Notes: generated by a model not told the origin, from the sequence alone. A DNA stretch of 60,302 bases from Candidatus Woesearchaeota archaeon (GCA_016203305.1 JACQMY010000027.1:1-60302); one strand, 5' to 3'. Shown: positions 48,263 to 56,587, numbered from the stretch's first letter. Translations and numbers: made by a program.

Positions 48263-48745
48263 ATGAAGAGGTCTGATGTTAAGTTGGTGGCTGGCTTGCG
48301 ACGGAATGCTCGTTTGTCTTTGACAAACTTGGCACGTAAGACGTGTTTGCCCTTGAGCACGTTGCATGAGCGTTTGCGTAGTCATGCGCGTTCTGGCGTT
48401 ATGCGTCCTATTTTGTTGTTGGACTTTGCGCGTCTTGGCTTTTCAGCTTCTGCTTTTGTTAAGCTGGCTGTTGACAATAAGGACAAGGATGCTATTTTTT
48501 CTTTTTTGAGGGTTCATCCGAATGTTAATGCGTTGTTCCGTATTAACAATGGCTGGCACGTTCTTGCCGAGGTTGTTTTTCATGACATGTCTGCTTTGGA
48601 GGATTTTGTTGAGCAGGTGGAAGCGAAGTTTACTGTGAAACAGAAGGATGTTTGCTATGTGCTTGGCGAGGTGGCGCGTGAGAATTTTCTTGGAGATGCT
48701 AAGAGTGCGGAGGAATTGTTGAAGGTTGGTGATGAGCGAGAGTAG
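48263..48745 (+). CDS. Lrp/AsnC-family transcriptional regulator
   Basis: HTH LVAGLRRNARLSLTNLARKTCLPLSTLHERL plus a RAM-like C-terminal domain. SD gaggtgat at 48251-48258. The ORF-track start at 48170 reads through the array. Confidence 0.8.
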   Translation: MKRSDVKLVAGLRRNARLSLTNLARKTCLPLSTLHERLRSHARSGVMRPILLLDFARLGFSASAFVKLAVDNKDKDAIFSFLRVHPNVNALFRINNGWHVLAEVVFHDMSALEDFVEQVEAKFTVKQKDVCYVLGEVARENFLGDAKSAEELLKVGDERE

Positions 48746-48851
48746 TAAACGCCGGGGAATGAGTACATATTCTGTCTTGCCTCGACAAAATTTGAGGAAA
48801 CAGTTGGATGATAGCAAGATTTAAATAATAGTTAGTTTTAACCTAACGAAT

Positions 48852-49394
48852 ATGAAAAAGGACGAATTGGTGTTGGACTTGTTTTTCAATGAGCCAACCA
48901 AACACTGGCATTTCGAGGAAATATTGACTGCTGTTAAGATCAGTAGGCCGCAAGCTGCAGGATGGTTGCGAAAATTCGTCAAGGAAGGGCTAGTCAGAAG
49001 AATTAAGCCAAAAGGTAAAATGCCTTATCATGTGGGAAATTATGAAAGTTCCACATATCAGGCAAGGAAGCGGTTGTTTGCGCTGAACAAGCTTGAAAAG
49101 CAGGGTTTTCTTAGCCATTTAACTAGCTTGCCAAAAGCGCAGGCAGTCATAATGTTTGGCAGCATGAGCCGCTGGGACTGGAATAAAGAAAGCGATATAG
49201 ACCTTTTCGTGTACGGCGATCCAGAAGGCTTCGACAAGGGTGCATTTAGAGCGAAATTGGGTCGTGAAATTGAAACATTCGTATGCAAAGATAAGGAAGA
49301 CCTGCAGAGGCTTAAACCCGCGCTCTTACGAAACATATTAGAAGGGTATTTAATCAAGGGAACACTTAATTTCGTGCAGGTTGCGCATGCGTGA
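48852..49394 (+). CDS. nucleotidyltransferase (MNT-type) with N-terminal wHTH
   Basis: GSMSRWDWNKESDIDLFVY (GS-x-n-DxD minimal nucleotidyltransferase motif). Confidence 0.7.
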   Translation: MKKDELVLDLFFNEPTKHWHFEEILTAVKISRPQAAGWLRKFVKEGLVRRIKPKGKMPYHVGNYESSTYQARKRLFALNKLEKQGFLSHLTSLPKAQAVIMFGSMSRWDWNKESDIDLFVYGDPEGFDKGAFRAKLGREIETFVCKDKEDLQRLKPALLRNILEGYLIKGTLNFVQVAHA

Positions 49395-49854
49395 AGACAG
49401 AAGTTTAGCTGGTGTTTTCAAAGGTTGTACTAATGAAGGCTCATTCAGCCCTCTTGCAAAAATTGATACAGACCAAGTCCGTGCAATGTTCGATGTTGCC
49501 TTAGCGGACTTTGGCACGGTCAAAGAGTGGAGCAAGAAAGCGGCAAGAGAGAGCGGACAGTGGAATGCAATCTACAAATTGGCCTATGACGTTCTTCACA
49601 CGCTTTCTGAGGCATTCCTTGTGTTTGATAAGATAAAAGCAAGAACGCACGAATGCGTATTTGCCTATCTCTGTGAAAAACATCCTGAATTTGAATTCGA
49701 TTGGAATTTTTTTGAGAAAGTCAGAACGGTAAGAAATCGCAGTATTTACTATGGCGAACCTGCGTCATATGCGCATTGGAAAGAAATAGACTTACAAATC
49801 AATCTCTACATTAAAACTTTGGAAAAAGCGGTTGAAACAAGGCAAAAAGTTTAA
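49387..49854 (+). CDS. HEPN-like helical protein paired with the nucleotidyltransferase
   Basis: Overlaps the MNT gene by 8 nt. All-helical, about 155 aa, with an RNRSIYYG segment near the C-terminal third. A canonical Rx4-6H motif is not evident. Confidence 0.45.
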   Translation: MREDRSLAGVFKGCTNEGSFSPLAKIDTDQVRAMFDVALADFGTVKEWSKKAARESGQWNAIYKLAYDVLHTLSEAFLVFDKIKARTHECVFAYLCEKHPEFEFDWNFFEKVRTVRNRSIYYGEPASYAHWKEIDLQINLYIKTLEKAVETRQKV

Positions 49855-49983
49855 AGCTGGCGGAGTAATTAGTCACAGGATGAGAAAGATCATAAAGCAG
49901 TTGATTGAGGGTTACAAAAAAGAGGCGTTGGCAGTTCTCAAGGAGTGGGAGCCTGCGTCTGAGACAGAAGAGCGATAAGTTCT

Positions 49984-50250
49984 GATTCTACAAACCACAC
50001 ACTACAAACTACCAACTACAAACTATCTTCATCCTTCCGCCTTCATCCTAATACCTAACGCCTAATACCTAATTGAGGTTGAAGGTATAAGGTGGAAGGA
50101 TGAAGACCGTTGTTCTTCCGCCTTCTTCCTTCACCCTTCGTCCTAATACCTAACGCCTAATACCTAATTGAGGTTGAAGGTATAAGGTGGAAGGATGAAG
50201 ACCGTTGTTCTTCCGCCTTCTTCCTTCCACCTTCATCCTACCCAATGCCT
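49984..50250 (+). repeat. long heptad array containing two hairpin modules and an 87-nt perfect direct duplication
   Basis: 50046-50132 is identical to 50141-50227. Each copy holds the inverted arm aggttga|aggtata|aggtgga|aggatga. Confidence 0.9.
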
Positions 50251-50252
50251 AC

Positions 50253-50266
50253 AAAAAGCTTAAATA
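50253..50266 (+). promoter_or_regulatory. BRE/TATA-like element (aaaaagcttaaata)
   Basis: Resembles aaagctttatata at 120 and 1806. Lies about 40 nt upstream of ATG 50304. SD agaggtg at 50291-50297. Confidence 0.45.
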
Positions 50267-50303
50267 CGCGGGTAGCTGTCTTTGTGTGAAAGAGGTGTTA
50301 TGT

Positions 50304-50618
50304 ATGAAAGGACAAGGGCTTCCGATTACGACAATCATTATTGCTGCTTTAGGTATTATTGTGTTGGTGGTTGTTGGCGCGATTTTTTCAGGTCAGATTG
50401 GTAAGTTTGGTCGTGCTGCTTCCGAGTGTACGGGCAGGTGTGTTGTGAAGAGTCCTTCCATTGCTATGCAGAATTCTGGTGCTACTTTCGAGCAGGATAC
50501 TGCTTGTAATCCTGAGTTTGAAACTAGGTTGACTGGCACGTATATTGCAAAGGGCACTCCTAAGGATCAGAAGATTCAGGACTTTATGTGCACTGCGTGT
50601 TGTGTTGCTACAGGATAG
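50304..50618 (+). CDS. pilin-like protein 1 (class III signal peptide)
   Basis: MKGQG|LPITTIIIAALGIIVLVVVGAIF. Cys-containing C-terminal domain ending CTACC. Confidence 0.78.
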   Translation: MKGQGLPITTIIIAALGIIVLVVVGAIFSGQIGKFGRAASECTGRCVVKSPSIAMQNSGATFEQDTACNPEFETRLTGTYIAKGTPKDQKIQDFMCTACCVATG

Positions 50619-50619
50619 T

Positions 50620-50862
50620 ATGAAAGCGCAGGGCTTGCCGGTTACTATGATTATCATTGTAGCGATAGGCCTTATCGTGTTGGTCATCATGGGCTATATT
50701 GTGTCTCAGAAGACCACTCAGTTCGGCAAGGGCACGAAAGAGGTTGCTGGCCAGGAGTGTAAAGTTCCTGTTGGCACGCCTATGCTTATCGAGGATTGCC
50801 AGGATCCTGTGTATGGTGCTTTCTCGAACGTTCGTGCTGATCAGGTGTGTTGTAAGCGATAA
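50620..50862 (+). CDS. pilin-like protein 2 (paralog of 50304..50618)
   Basis: MKAQG|LPVTMIIIVAIGLIVLVIMGYIV. C-terminus ...QVCCKR. Confidence 0.78.
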   Translation: MKAQGLPVTMIIIVAIGLIVLVIMGYIVSQKTTQFGKGTKEVAGQECKVPVGTPMLIEDCQDPVYGAFSNVRADQVCCKR

Positions 50863-50893
50863 GATTTTATAATCTGTTTTTTCTATTCTCTTT

Positions 50894-51004
50894 ATGAACA
50901 AAAGAGGAGATGTTTCTATGTTTGAGCAGGTGGCTATGGGTATTATTGTTGCTGTCATTATTGGCTTGGCGATTTACATCTTCATGAAGAAGGTGTTGGC
51001 GTGA
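50894..51004 (+). CDS. 36-aa mini pilin-like peptide
   Basis: Hand-translated as MNKRGD|VSMFEQVAMGIIVAVIIGLAIYIFMKKVLA*. Below the ORF-track cut-off. GTGA overlap with the next gene. Confidence 0.5.
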   Translation: MNKRGDVSMFEQVAMGIIVAVIIGLAIYIFMKKVLA

Positions 51005-52080
51005 ACAGGCGTGCTGCTGAGCCGATATATATCGTGGTTGGCATGATTGTTATTGCTATTTCTTTGCTGGCGATTTTTGGTGTTTTGGGTGGTTTGAAGG
51101 CTGCTATTTTTGGCACGGCTGAGAAACAGCAGTGTAGTTGGGATTTGTTTTTGTCTGCTTTGGTCAGCAAGGTTCCTTTTGCTGAGAAGGAGGCTGGTGC
51201 TTGTAAGATGCAGACGTTAACGGTTGACAAGAAAGCTCTTGATGCGCGTAAGAAGTTGTCCTTTGTCAAGAAGGGGTTGAAAAAATCTCAAAGTCCTGGC
51301 AATCCTGCTCGCGAGTATTTTCCTGATGAAACTAAGATTGACGAGTGGGCGTTGGATTATTTGATGGCTGAACAGTTGAAGGGTTGTTGGGATAAGGTGT
51401 GGAAGGGTAAGTTGAACATTTTTGCTAGGGGCAAGGTTGAGGATCAGAGTATTTGTGTTGTTTGTTCGCAATTGGTTTGGGGAAGGGATCTGCCTGGTTC
51501 GATTTTGTATCCTAAGGATGGGATGATCACTTCTCTTGATGCATGGTTGAAAACAACGTCTATTCCTGGTCAGTCTAAGTTTTATTATGATCATATTGCT
51601 GAGGGTCAGACCGTTCCTCCGAATCCTGCGGCGTTTGCATTTTATACTAATACGCCTTACGCTGTTGTGTATATGGAAGTTGTGGATTCATATTGGACTG
51701 GGTTCACTAGTTTTTGGAAAGATCATCCTGAGCTTGATTTGGGGCTGTTGGTAGCTGGTGTTGTAATTCCTCGCTTGGGCGCGGTTAGGCTAGTGCAGCA
51801 AGTTGCGCTTGTTCCGCGGGTTGCTGCGGGTGTTAAGCTCGCTACTGCTGGTGCGCGTGTTGTTGGCCTTGTTGGCGCAGGGAGCGTTTTTTATGATCAG
51901 GCGGCTGCGCTTTATGGCGGAAACATTTTTGCATTGAACGCTTTAAAGGCCATGCGCGAGGAGATGAAAAGTAAAGGGTTGAGCACAGGAAAGGTTTTAT
52001 TGTTTGCTCCGTTTTCAACGCTTCGTGATCCTATTGATTCGCCAAATGGAGGTCTGGGATGTACAAAAGTGATCGCGTGA
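51001..52080 (+). CDS. pilin-like protein 4 (359 aa)
   Basis: GTG start. MNRRAAE|PIYIVVGMIVIAISLLAIFG. Hydrophobic Gly/Ala/Val-rich segment near the C-terminus. Confidence 0.7.
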   Translation: MNRRAAEPIYIVVGMIVIAISLLAIFGVLGGLKAAIFGTAEKQQCSWDLFLSALVSKVPFAEKEAGACKMQTLTVDKKALDARKKLSFVKKGLKKSQSPGNPAREYFPDETKIDEWALDYLMAEQLKGCWDKVWKGKLNIFARGKVEDQSICVVCSQLVWGRDLPGSILYPKDGMITSLDAWLKTTSIPGQSKFYYDHIAEGQTVPPNPAAFAFYTNTPYAVVYMEVVDSYWTGFTSFWKDHPELDLGLLVAGVVIPRLGAVRLVQQVALVPRVAAGVKLATAGARVVGLVGAGSVFYDQAAALYGGNIFALNALKAMREEMKSKGLSTGKVLLFAPFSTLRDPIDSPNGGLGCTKVIA

Positions 52081-52217
52081 ACAAAAAGGGTCAGGAGATT
52101 CCTGGTTGGATGTTTATTATTGGCATTATTCTTGGCTTGCTTGGCTTGGGCGTGTTGATTTATATCGCGATGAAGTCTGGTCGTCTGGGTTCAGAGGCTA
52201 TTGGTGGTTTGGGATGA
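52059..52217 (+). CDS. 52-aa pilin-like peptide
   Basis: Hand-translated as MYKSDRVNKKGQ|EIPGWMFIIGIILGLLGLGVLIYIAMKSGRLGSEAIGGLG*. The alternative GTG start at 52077 forms a GTGA overlap with the upstream stop. Confidence 0.5.
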   Translation: MYKSDRVNKKGQEIPGWMFIIGIILGLLGLGVLIYIAMKSGRLGSEAIGGLG

Positions 52218-52780
52218 ATAGTAAGGGTATTAGCATGATTTTTGTCGTGCTGATTTTGGGTATTGTGGTAATTGCTGTCAGCATTCCTGTTTTCATGTTG
52301 GGCAAGAAGACTGCTGATAAGGGTGTGTTGAAGACGTTGAGTGATGTTCTTTTTGGCGAGCAAACAGACGCGGCGTCTGCGAGGGGGAGGCTTCCTACTC
52401 CTGATCCAGTGGTTTTGCCTCCGGACAAGCGTGCCGCGATTGATATGTTGTTGGCGTACATTATTGATTGTCATGTGAAGTATAGGGATTTTAAGCAGTG
52501 GAATTGTGCAGAGATTTTCACGCACGAGATGGGTGGTGTGCGTATTTCTAAGGCTGAATTGTTGAGCGATGCTAATATCGCTTATTTGAAGTCTCAAGGG
52601 GTTAGTGATGTTGAGTGGGGCAGTGGGGAGGGCATGATTACTTTTTTGGGCAGGACACGGGATCCTGTGCCTCTTGCAGTGCTTTGTTATTATAGTGGTG
52701 CAGCTGAGCTTGGTGGGGACATAGCCCATTTTGATAAAGTTCGTCTTATGACTGGGTTTGTGCTTGGTCCGTGCAGCTAA
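52214..52780 (+). CDS. pilin-like protein 6
   Basis: MNSKG|ISMIFVVLILGIVVIAVSIPVF. ATGA overlap with the upstream peptide. Confidence 0.7.
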   Translation: MNSKGISMIFVVLILGIVVIAVSIPVFMLGKKTADKGVLKTLSDVLFGEQTDAASARGRLPTPDPVVLPPDKRAAIDMLLAYIIDCHVKYRDFKQWNCAEIFTHEMGGVRISKAELLSDANIAYLKSQGVSDVEWGSGEGMITFLGRTRDPVPLAVLCYYSGAAELGGDIAHFDKVRLMTGFVLGPCS

Positions 52781-52804
52781 AGGTTTAAATATGCGTGATT
52801 GTTG

Positions 52805-53140
52805 ATGAACTTCATGCACAAAAGGGGCGCTGAGTTTGCAGTGGGTACGGTGATAATGATTGTTCTTGGTTTGATAGTGCTCGTCATTCTGAGCGTGGTT
52901 GTTCGTAACTATGTGACAAAGGGTACTAAGCAGTATTCTGAGATTGGCGAGCAGGCTCAGGCTGGTGCTGATGTTTGCCAGTCTATTTTGAGTGGTCGTT
53001 CTTGTGCGTCGAGTTGTTCTGGTGATTATGAGAATGCTCCTAACCCTCCTGGTGGTGTGTGGTCTGATTGTGGTAAGGCGGGAACAAAATTGGCGGAGAA
53101 GCGGGTGTGTTGTCAGAAGAGGGAGTCTGTTTCTCCGTAA
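52805..53140 (+). CDS. pilin-like protein 7
   Basis: M(NFM)HKRGA|EFAVGTVIMIVLGLIVLVILSVV. TATA aggtttaaatat at 52781-52792. Start at ATG 52805 or 52814. C-terminus ...RVCCQK is like proteins 1 and 2. Confidence 0.72.
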   Translation: MNFMHKRGAEFAVGTVIMIVLGLIVLVILSVVVRNYVTKGTKQYSEIGEQAQAGADVCQSILSGRSCASSCSGDYENAPNPPGGVWSDCGKAGTKLAEKRVCCQKRESVSP

Positions 53141-53149
53141 TTTTCTCAG

Positions 53150-53281
53150 TCTACACACTACTTACTACAAACCACTTACTAATTGCCAACAGCCACCTAA
53201 TGCCAAACGCCGTTCTTCTCCCTTCCGCCTTCTTCCTTCATCCTTCTCCCTTCCACCTTCGCCCTTCTTCCTTCACCCACT
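53150..53281 (+). repeat. heptad array
   Basis: ctacacactacttactacaaaccacttactaattgccaacagccacctaatgccaaacgccgttcttctcccttccgccttcttccttcatccttctcccttccaccttcgcccttcttccttcaccc. Confidence 0.88.
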
Positions 53282-53284
53282 ATC

Positions 53285-53292
53285 TTTATAAA
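53285..53292 (+). promoter_or_regulatory. TATA box (tttataaa)
   Basis: Its centre is about 27 nt upstream of ATG 53316, which fits a leaderless transcript. It immediately follows the heptad array. Confidence 0.55.
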
Positions 53293-53315
53293 CTTCTTTC
53301 CGCTGTTTTTGCGTT

Positions 53316-53852
53316 ATGAAAAGAGGTCAGTTTTTGTCTCCGCAGTTTTTGGTTATTTTGGTTGTTACTGCGTTGGCGATTGGTTTTGGCATTTATGGGT
53401 TGGTTAAGGTTATGGGCGGTTTTGCTGGTTCTGCTGGTGAGGCAGTTGCTTATTTTGATGTTGTTGTTCAGTCTGTTAAGAATACTGTTTCTATTGATCA
53501 GCCGATAACCTTGTTTGCGTATAAGGAGACGGATAAGAAACCAATGCGTTTGTACTTTCAGTCTCCTGATGCTGATGTTCAGGTTGGCAAGTGTCCTAGG
53601 GGTGTTCCTTGTATGTGTGTTTTGGCTGATGTTGGTGGTAAGCCTGTGGAGAAGTGTGAGGTGCTTGCTGTTGCTAAGGAGAAGCTTATTGGTGAGGATT
53701 TGAGGGGTTTTTCTGGTATGGCGCGTTGCCCAGTGGCTTGTCGTGGTGAGGTTGTGTGTATTCCGAATGAATTAAAGCGTATTGATGTTCAGGATGGTCA
53801 GAAGTTAATCGTAGGGCGTGATTGTAATACTTTGTTCGTGAGGGTTGCATGA
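53316..53852 (+). CDS. pilin-like protein 8
   Basis: MKRGQ|FLSPQFLVILVVTALAIGFGIYGLV. Confidence 0.75.
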   Translation: MKRGQFLSPQFLVILVVTALAIGFGIYGLVKVMGGFAGSAGEAVAYFDVVVQSVKNTVSIDQPITLFAYKETDKKPMRLYFQSPDADVQVGKCPRGVPCMCVLADVGGKPVEKCEVLAVAKEKLIGEDLRGFSGMARCPVACRGEVVCIPNELKRIDVQDGQKLIVGRDCNTLFVRVA

Positions 53853-54667
53853 GTCGTGGTCAGGTTGACTTGTGGTCGTTGGTTTTAACACCGACTTTTT
53901 TCATTGCTTTGGTTTTGGTTATTTTTTTGGGTGGTATGTTGGCGAAGATTTACTTGTTGGGTTCTGATAGGCGTTTGGACATGGATGTTTTTTCTGCTGA
54001 TGGCGCGTTGGATGTTGACGATGCTTATTTGTTGCCGCCGGACATGAATTTTGCTAAGGACTCGACTGGTATTGCGCAGGGTTTGTATTTATTTTTCGAG
54101 CAAGGGAAAGTGGTTGCTTCTGAGTCTTCTCCTGATAAGGGGCGTTATTTCTATTTCACTGGGGATAACCGGTATGAGTTCAATGGCGTTAGGGTTTCAG
54201 GCAGTTATACTATGGTGAGAGATGGTAATGTTGTTGAAGTTCGTCAGCTTGGTCCTGTGAGCTTGCGTTTGCCGTTTTGTGAGAGGGGTTCTGCAAGAAT
54301 AACTAGGGCAAAGTTGGTTGGTCGTGATGTTGATGGTTTGCGTTCTTTGTTGCAGGGTTTGCGGCAGCAGGTGTGGGGGGATAGTGGTGCGTGGGTTGGT
54401 GTTGCGCGTTCGCCAGTGAATGTTATACGTGTTAAGGCGTTGCGTGATGTTGAGAGTGCGAGGCTTGGTTGTTGGGTTCAACAGTCGTTGTTGAGGTCTT
54501 TGCCTGATGTTAAGGTTGCTTTAGTGCCGGCATCGCCTTTTGGTGTTGGCTTGGAGTCTGAGATGGCGGGTTCTCCTGCTGTGCTTGTTGAGGTTCCTGT
54601 TGGCTTGCAGGATCGTGCTGTTGCTTTGGCTATTGTTGGGGGTCTTGATGCGTATGCTCCGCGGTAA
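53849..54667 (+). CDS. pilin-like protein 9
   Basis: MSRGQ|VDLWSLVLTPTFFIALVLVIFLGG. ATGA overlap. Confidence 0.72.
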   Translation: MSRGQVDLWSLVLTPTFFIALVLVIFLGGMLAKIYLLGSDRRLDMDVFSADGALDVDDAYLLPPDMNFAKDSTGIAQGLYLFFEQGKVVASESSPDKGRYFYFTGDNRYEFNGVRVSGSYTMVRDGNVVEVRQLGPVSLRLPFCERGSARITRAKLVGRDVDGLRSLLQGLRQQVWGDSGAWVGVARSPVNVIRVKALRDVESARLGCWVQQSLLRSLPDVKVALVPASPFGVGLESEMAGSPAVLVEVPVGLQDRAVALAIVGGLDAYAPR

Positions 54668-55133
54668 TAGAGGTGTTTTGTCTGCGCGTGATGCTATGTG
54701 GTTGATAGTTTACGTCATGGTGGCTATGGCTGTTGCGTTTGCTTTGGCTAAGTTTCCTGAAGGGTTGTTGCAGCGTGTTTCTCAGCCGGTTATGGTTGAT
54801 GCTGAGCTTATGTCTTTGCGCGCGCAGACTTTGTTGACTTTTGTTGATCCGTTTACTGGTTGGCAGCAGAGTGTGTATGCTGGTCCTGTTTCTGCGCGTA
54901 TGGGTTCTTTGGTTTTGAGTCCTAAGAAGTTTGGGTTAGAGATCTCGTCAGGAGCTGATAAGTACTATCCGAGCGCTCAGTCTGAGAAGTTTTTCAAGGC
55001 GGCTCGTGAGTTTGCTCCGAGTAGGAATTATGCGTTGCATGAAAAGACATACCAATATAGAGACGCGTCCGGCCGTCCTGTGTCTGTTCGCGTTACTCAG
55101 GTGTATCCAACTTCTTATGAGGCTTATGAATAA
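54648..55133 (+). CDS. pilin-like protein 10
   Basis: MRMLRGNRG|VLSARDAMWLIVYVMVAMAVAFA. Overlaps the upstream gene by 20 nt. The ORF-track start at 54540 lies in an overlapping frame. Confidence 0.6.
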   Translation: MRMLRGNRGVLSARDAMWLIVYVMVAMAVAFALAKFPEGLLQRVSQPVMVDAELMSLRAQTLLTFVDPFTGWQQSVYAGPVSARMGSLVLSPKKFGLEISSGADKYYPSAQSEKFFKAAREFAPSRNYALHEKTYQYRDASGRPVSVRVTQVYPTSYEAYE

Positions 55134-55662
55134 GCGTGGTGATTTGCAGGCTTTGTCGTTGGTGTTGTTCGTGCCAGCTATTGCTTTGTTTATGATTTTG
55201 TTTTACGTGTTTGTTGGCTTGTCGATTGATGAGCCGCAGGTTAAGGTTCAGAGGACTGCGTTGAGTAATACTTATGCTAGGGCTGAGGTTTTTGAGTTTT
55301 TGAACCAGCCGGTTGCTGGCGTGCCTCGTTGGATGTTGCTTCCTTTGCAGCCTGTTGATGATGTTAAAGCTCAATTGACAGAGTTTTACAGTCGTACTGA
55401 GGGCGTTTCTGTTCATTCTGTAACTTGCGCCAAGACCGAGCCTGTGTTGCATTGTGAACTTTATTTGAAGCTTAACGTTCCGTATGAGGACTTGGTGGCG
55501 TTGACGCCTGGCGGGCCGTTGTTGTTTGCGTATCGTGCTTCTGCTGCCGTGTTGAGTAATGAGTTTGTGAACGAGCGTGTTGTTTTGCCTTTGCGTGTTG
55601 GCCAGCAGGCTGACGTGTTGGTGTTTGAGTTGAAGGGGGTGAGCGAGCCGCTTGCTCGGTAG
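55126..55662 (+). CDS. pilin-like protein 11
   Basis: MNKRGD|LQALSLVLFVPAIALFMILFYVFVG. 8-nt overlap with the upstream gene. Confidence 0.7.
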   Translation: MNKRGDLQALSLVLFVPAIALFMILFYVFVGLSIDEPQVKVQRTALSNTYARAEVFEFLNQPVAGVPRWMLLPLQPVDDVKAQLTEFYSRTEGVSVHSVTCAKTEPVLHCELYLKLNVPYEDLVALTPGGPLLFAYRASAAVLSNEFVNERVVLPLRVGQQADVLVFELKGVSEPLAR

Positions 55663-55664
55663 TT

Positions 55665-56453
55665 ATGCGTATTGTTAACAGTAGAAAGGGTGTTGATTTT
55701 ATGGTGTTGATGTTTTTTGCAGTTTTGATTTTGTTGGCTGCTTTGTACGCTCAGCTTTTTGCCAAGGCTGAGGCGCCCGCGAGAGTTATTGGTGAGTCTC
55801 AGATTCCGCTTGTGAATGCGTTGCATGATCGTGTGGTTTTGGACATGTTTATGCGTGGTGCTGTTGAGTTTTCGCTTGGCAGAGCTACTGATGTTCTTGT
55901 TCAAAAGGGAGGTTTTGCAGAGGCTCCTTGTGGTGGTGTTGTTGATGGTTGTTTTGTTGTGAACAAGGATGATGATCCTAAGCGGGTTTGTCGTCCTGAT
56001 TTCATGGCGTTGACTCGTCAGGAATTTAACACTGCAATGGATGGTTTTGTTGCAAAGTATAATGAACAGTCAAGGGTTGTTCTTCCTTTGCAGAATTTTG
56101 AGGTTTCTGCTGATCAGGGTCGTTTTACTGCTGTTTCCATAAGTCCTGTTGAGCTTCCTTTGCGGAGGGTTTCTAGTCCGGTGGTTATTGGTAAGGTTGC
56201 TTGGCGTCCTGGTGTTGATATTGTCAGCCCGAATTTGCCGTTTTCATCGTTTGATGCTGCTTTCCGTACTTTGCAGGATGTTGCTACCGCCTGTCACGGT
56301 GATGCTGATGCTCAGTCGTGTGCTTTGCGTCGCGTTCCTGTTGCTTGGAATTTTGAGAAGAAGGGTGATGTGTTTGCTTTCCGTGTTCCTGTTGGCAGGT
56401 TTAAGGTGTGTTATGGTTTGCATGTTGTTGGTGCAGCACAAACTACTAGCTAA
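55665..56453 (+). CDS. pilin-like protein 12
   Basis: MRIVNSRKG|VDFMVLMFFAVLILLAALYA. Starts 2 nt after the upstream stop. Confidence 0.7.
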   Translation: MRIVNSRKGVDFMVLMFFAVLILLAALYAQLFAKAEAPARVIGESQIPLVNALHDRVVLDMFMRGAVEFSLGRATDVLVQKGGFAEAPCGGVVDGCFVVNKDDDPKRVCRPDFMALTRQEFNTAMDGFVAKYNEQSRVVLPLQNFEVSADQGRFTAVSISPVELPLRRVSSPVVIGKVAWRPGVDIVSPNLPFSSFDAAFRTLQDVATACHGDADAQSCALRRVPVAWNFEKKGDVFAFRVPVGRFKVCYGLHVVGAAQTTS

Positions 56454-56462
56454 AAACCAAGT

Positions 56463-56545
56463 TCTTCTTCCTACAACCTTCATCCTTCCGCCTTCGTCCT
56501 AATACCTACTTCCTTCCGCCTTCATCCTAATTCCTACCACCTAAA
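56463..56545 (+). repeat. heptad array
   Basis: ttcttcttcctacaaccttcatccttccgccttcgtcctaatacctacttccttccgccttcatcctaattcctaccacctaa. Confidence 0.88.
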
Positions 56546-56587
56546 TTCTTATAAATAAGTTCTATACTGCTTTTGTTGGGGTGCTTA

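Noticed and set aside
49984-50250. The repeat-rich spacers were considered as possible CRISPR arrays.
   Set aside because: There are no 25-40-nt conserved repeats alternating with unique spacers. The period is 7 nt and the units are degenerate. No cas genes are adjacent.
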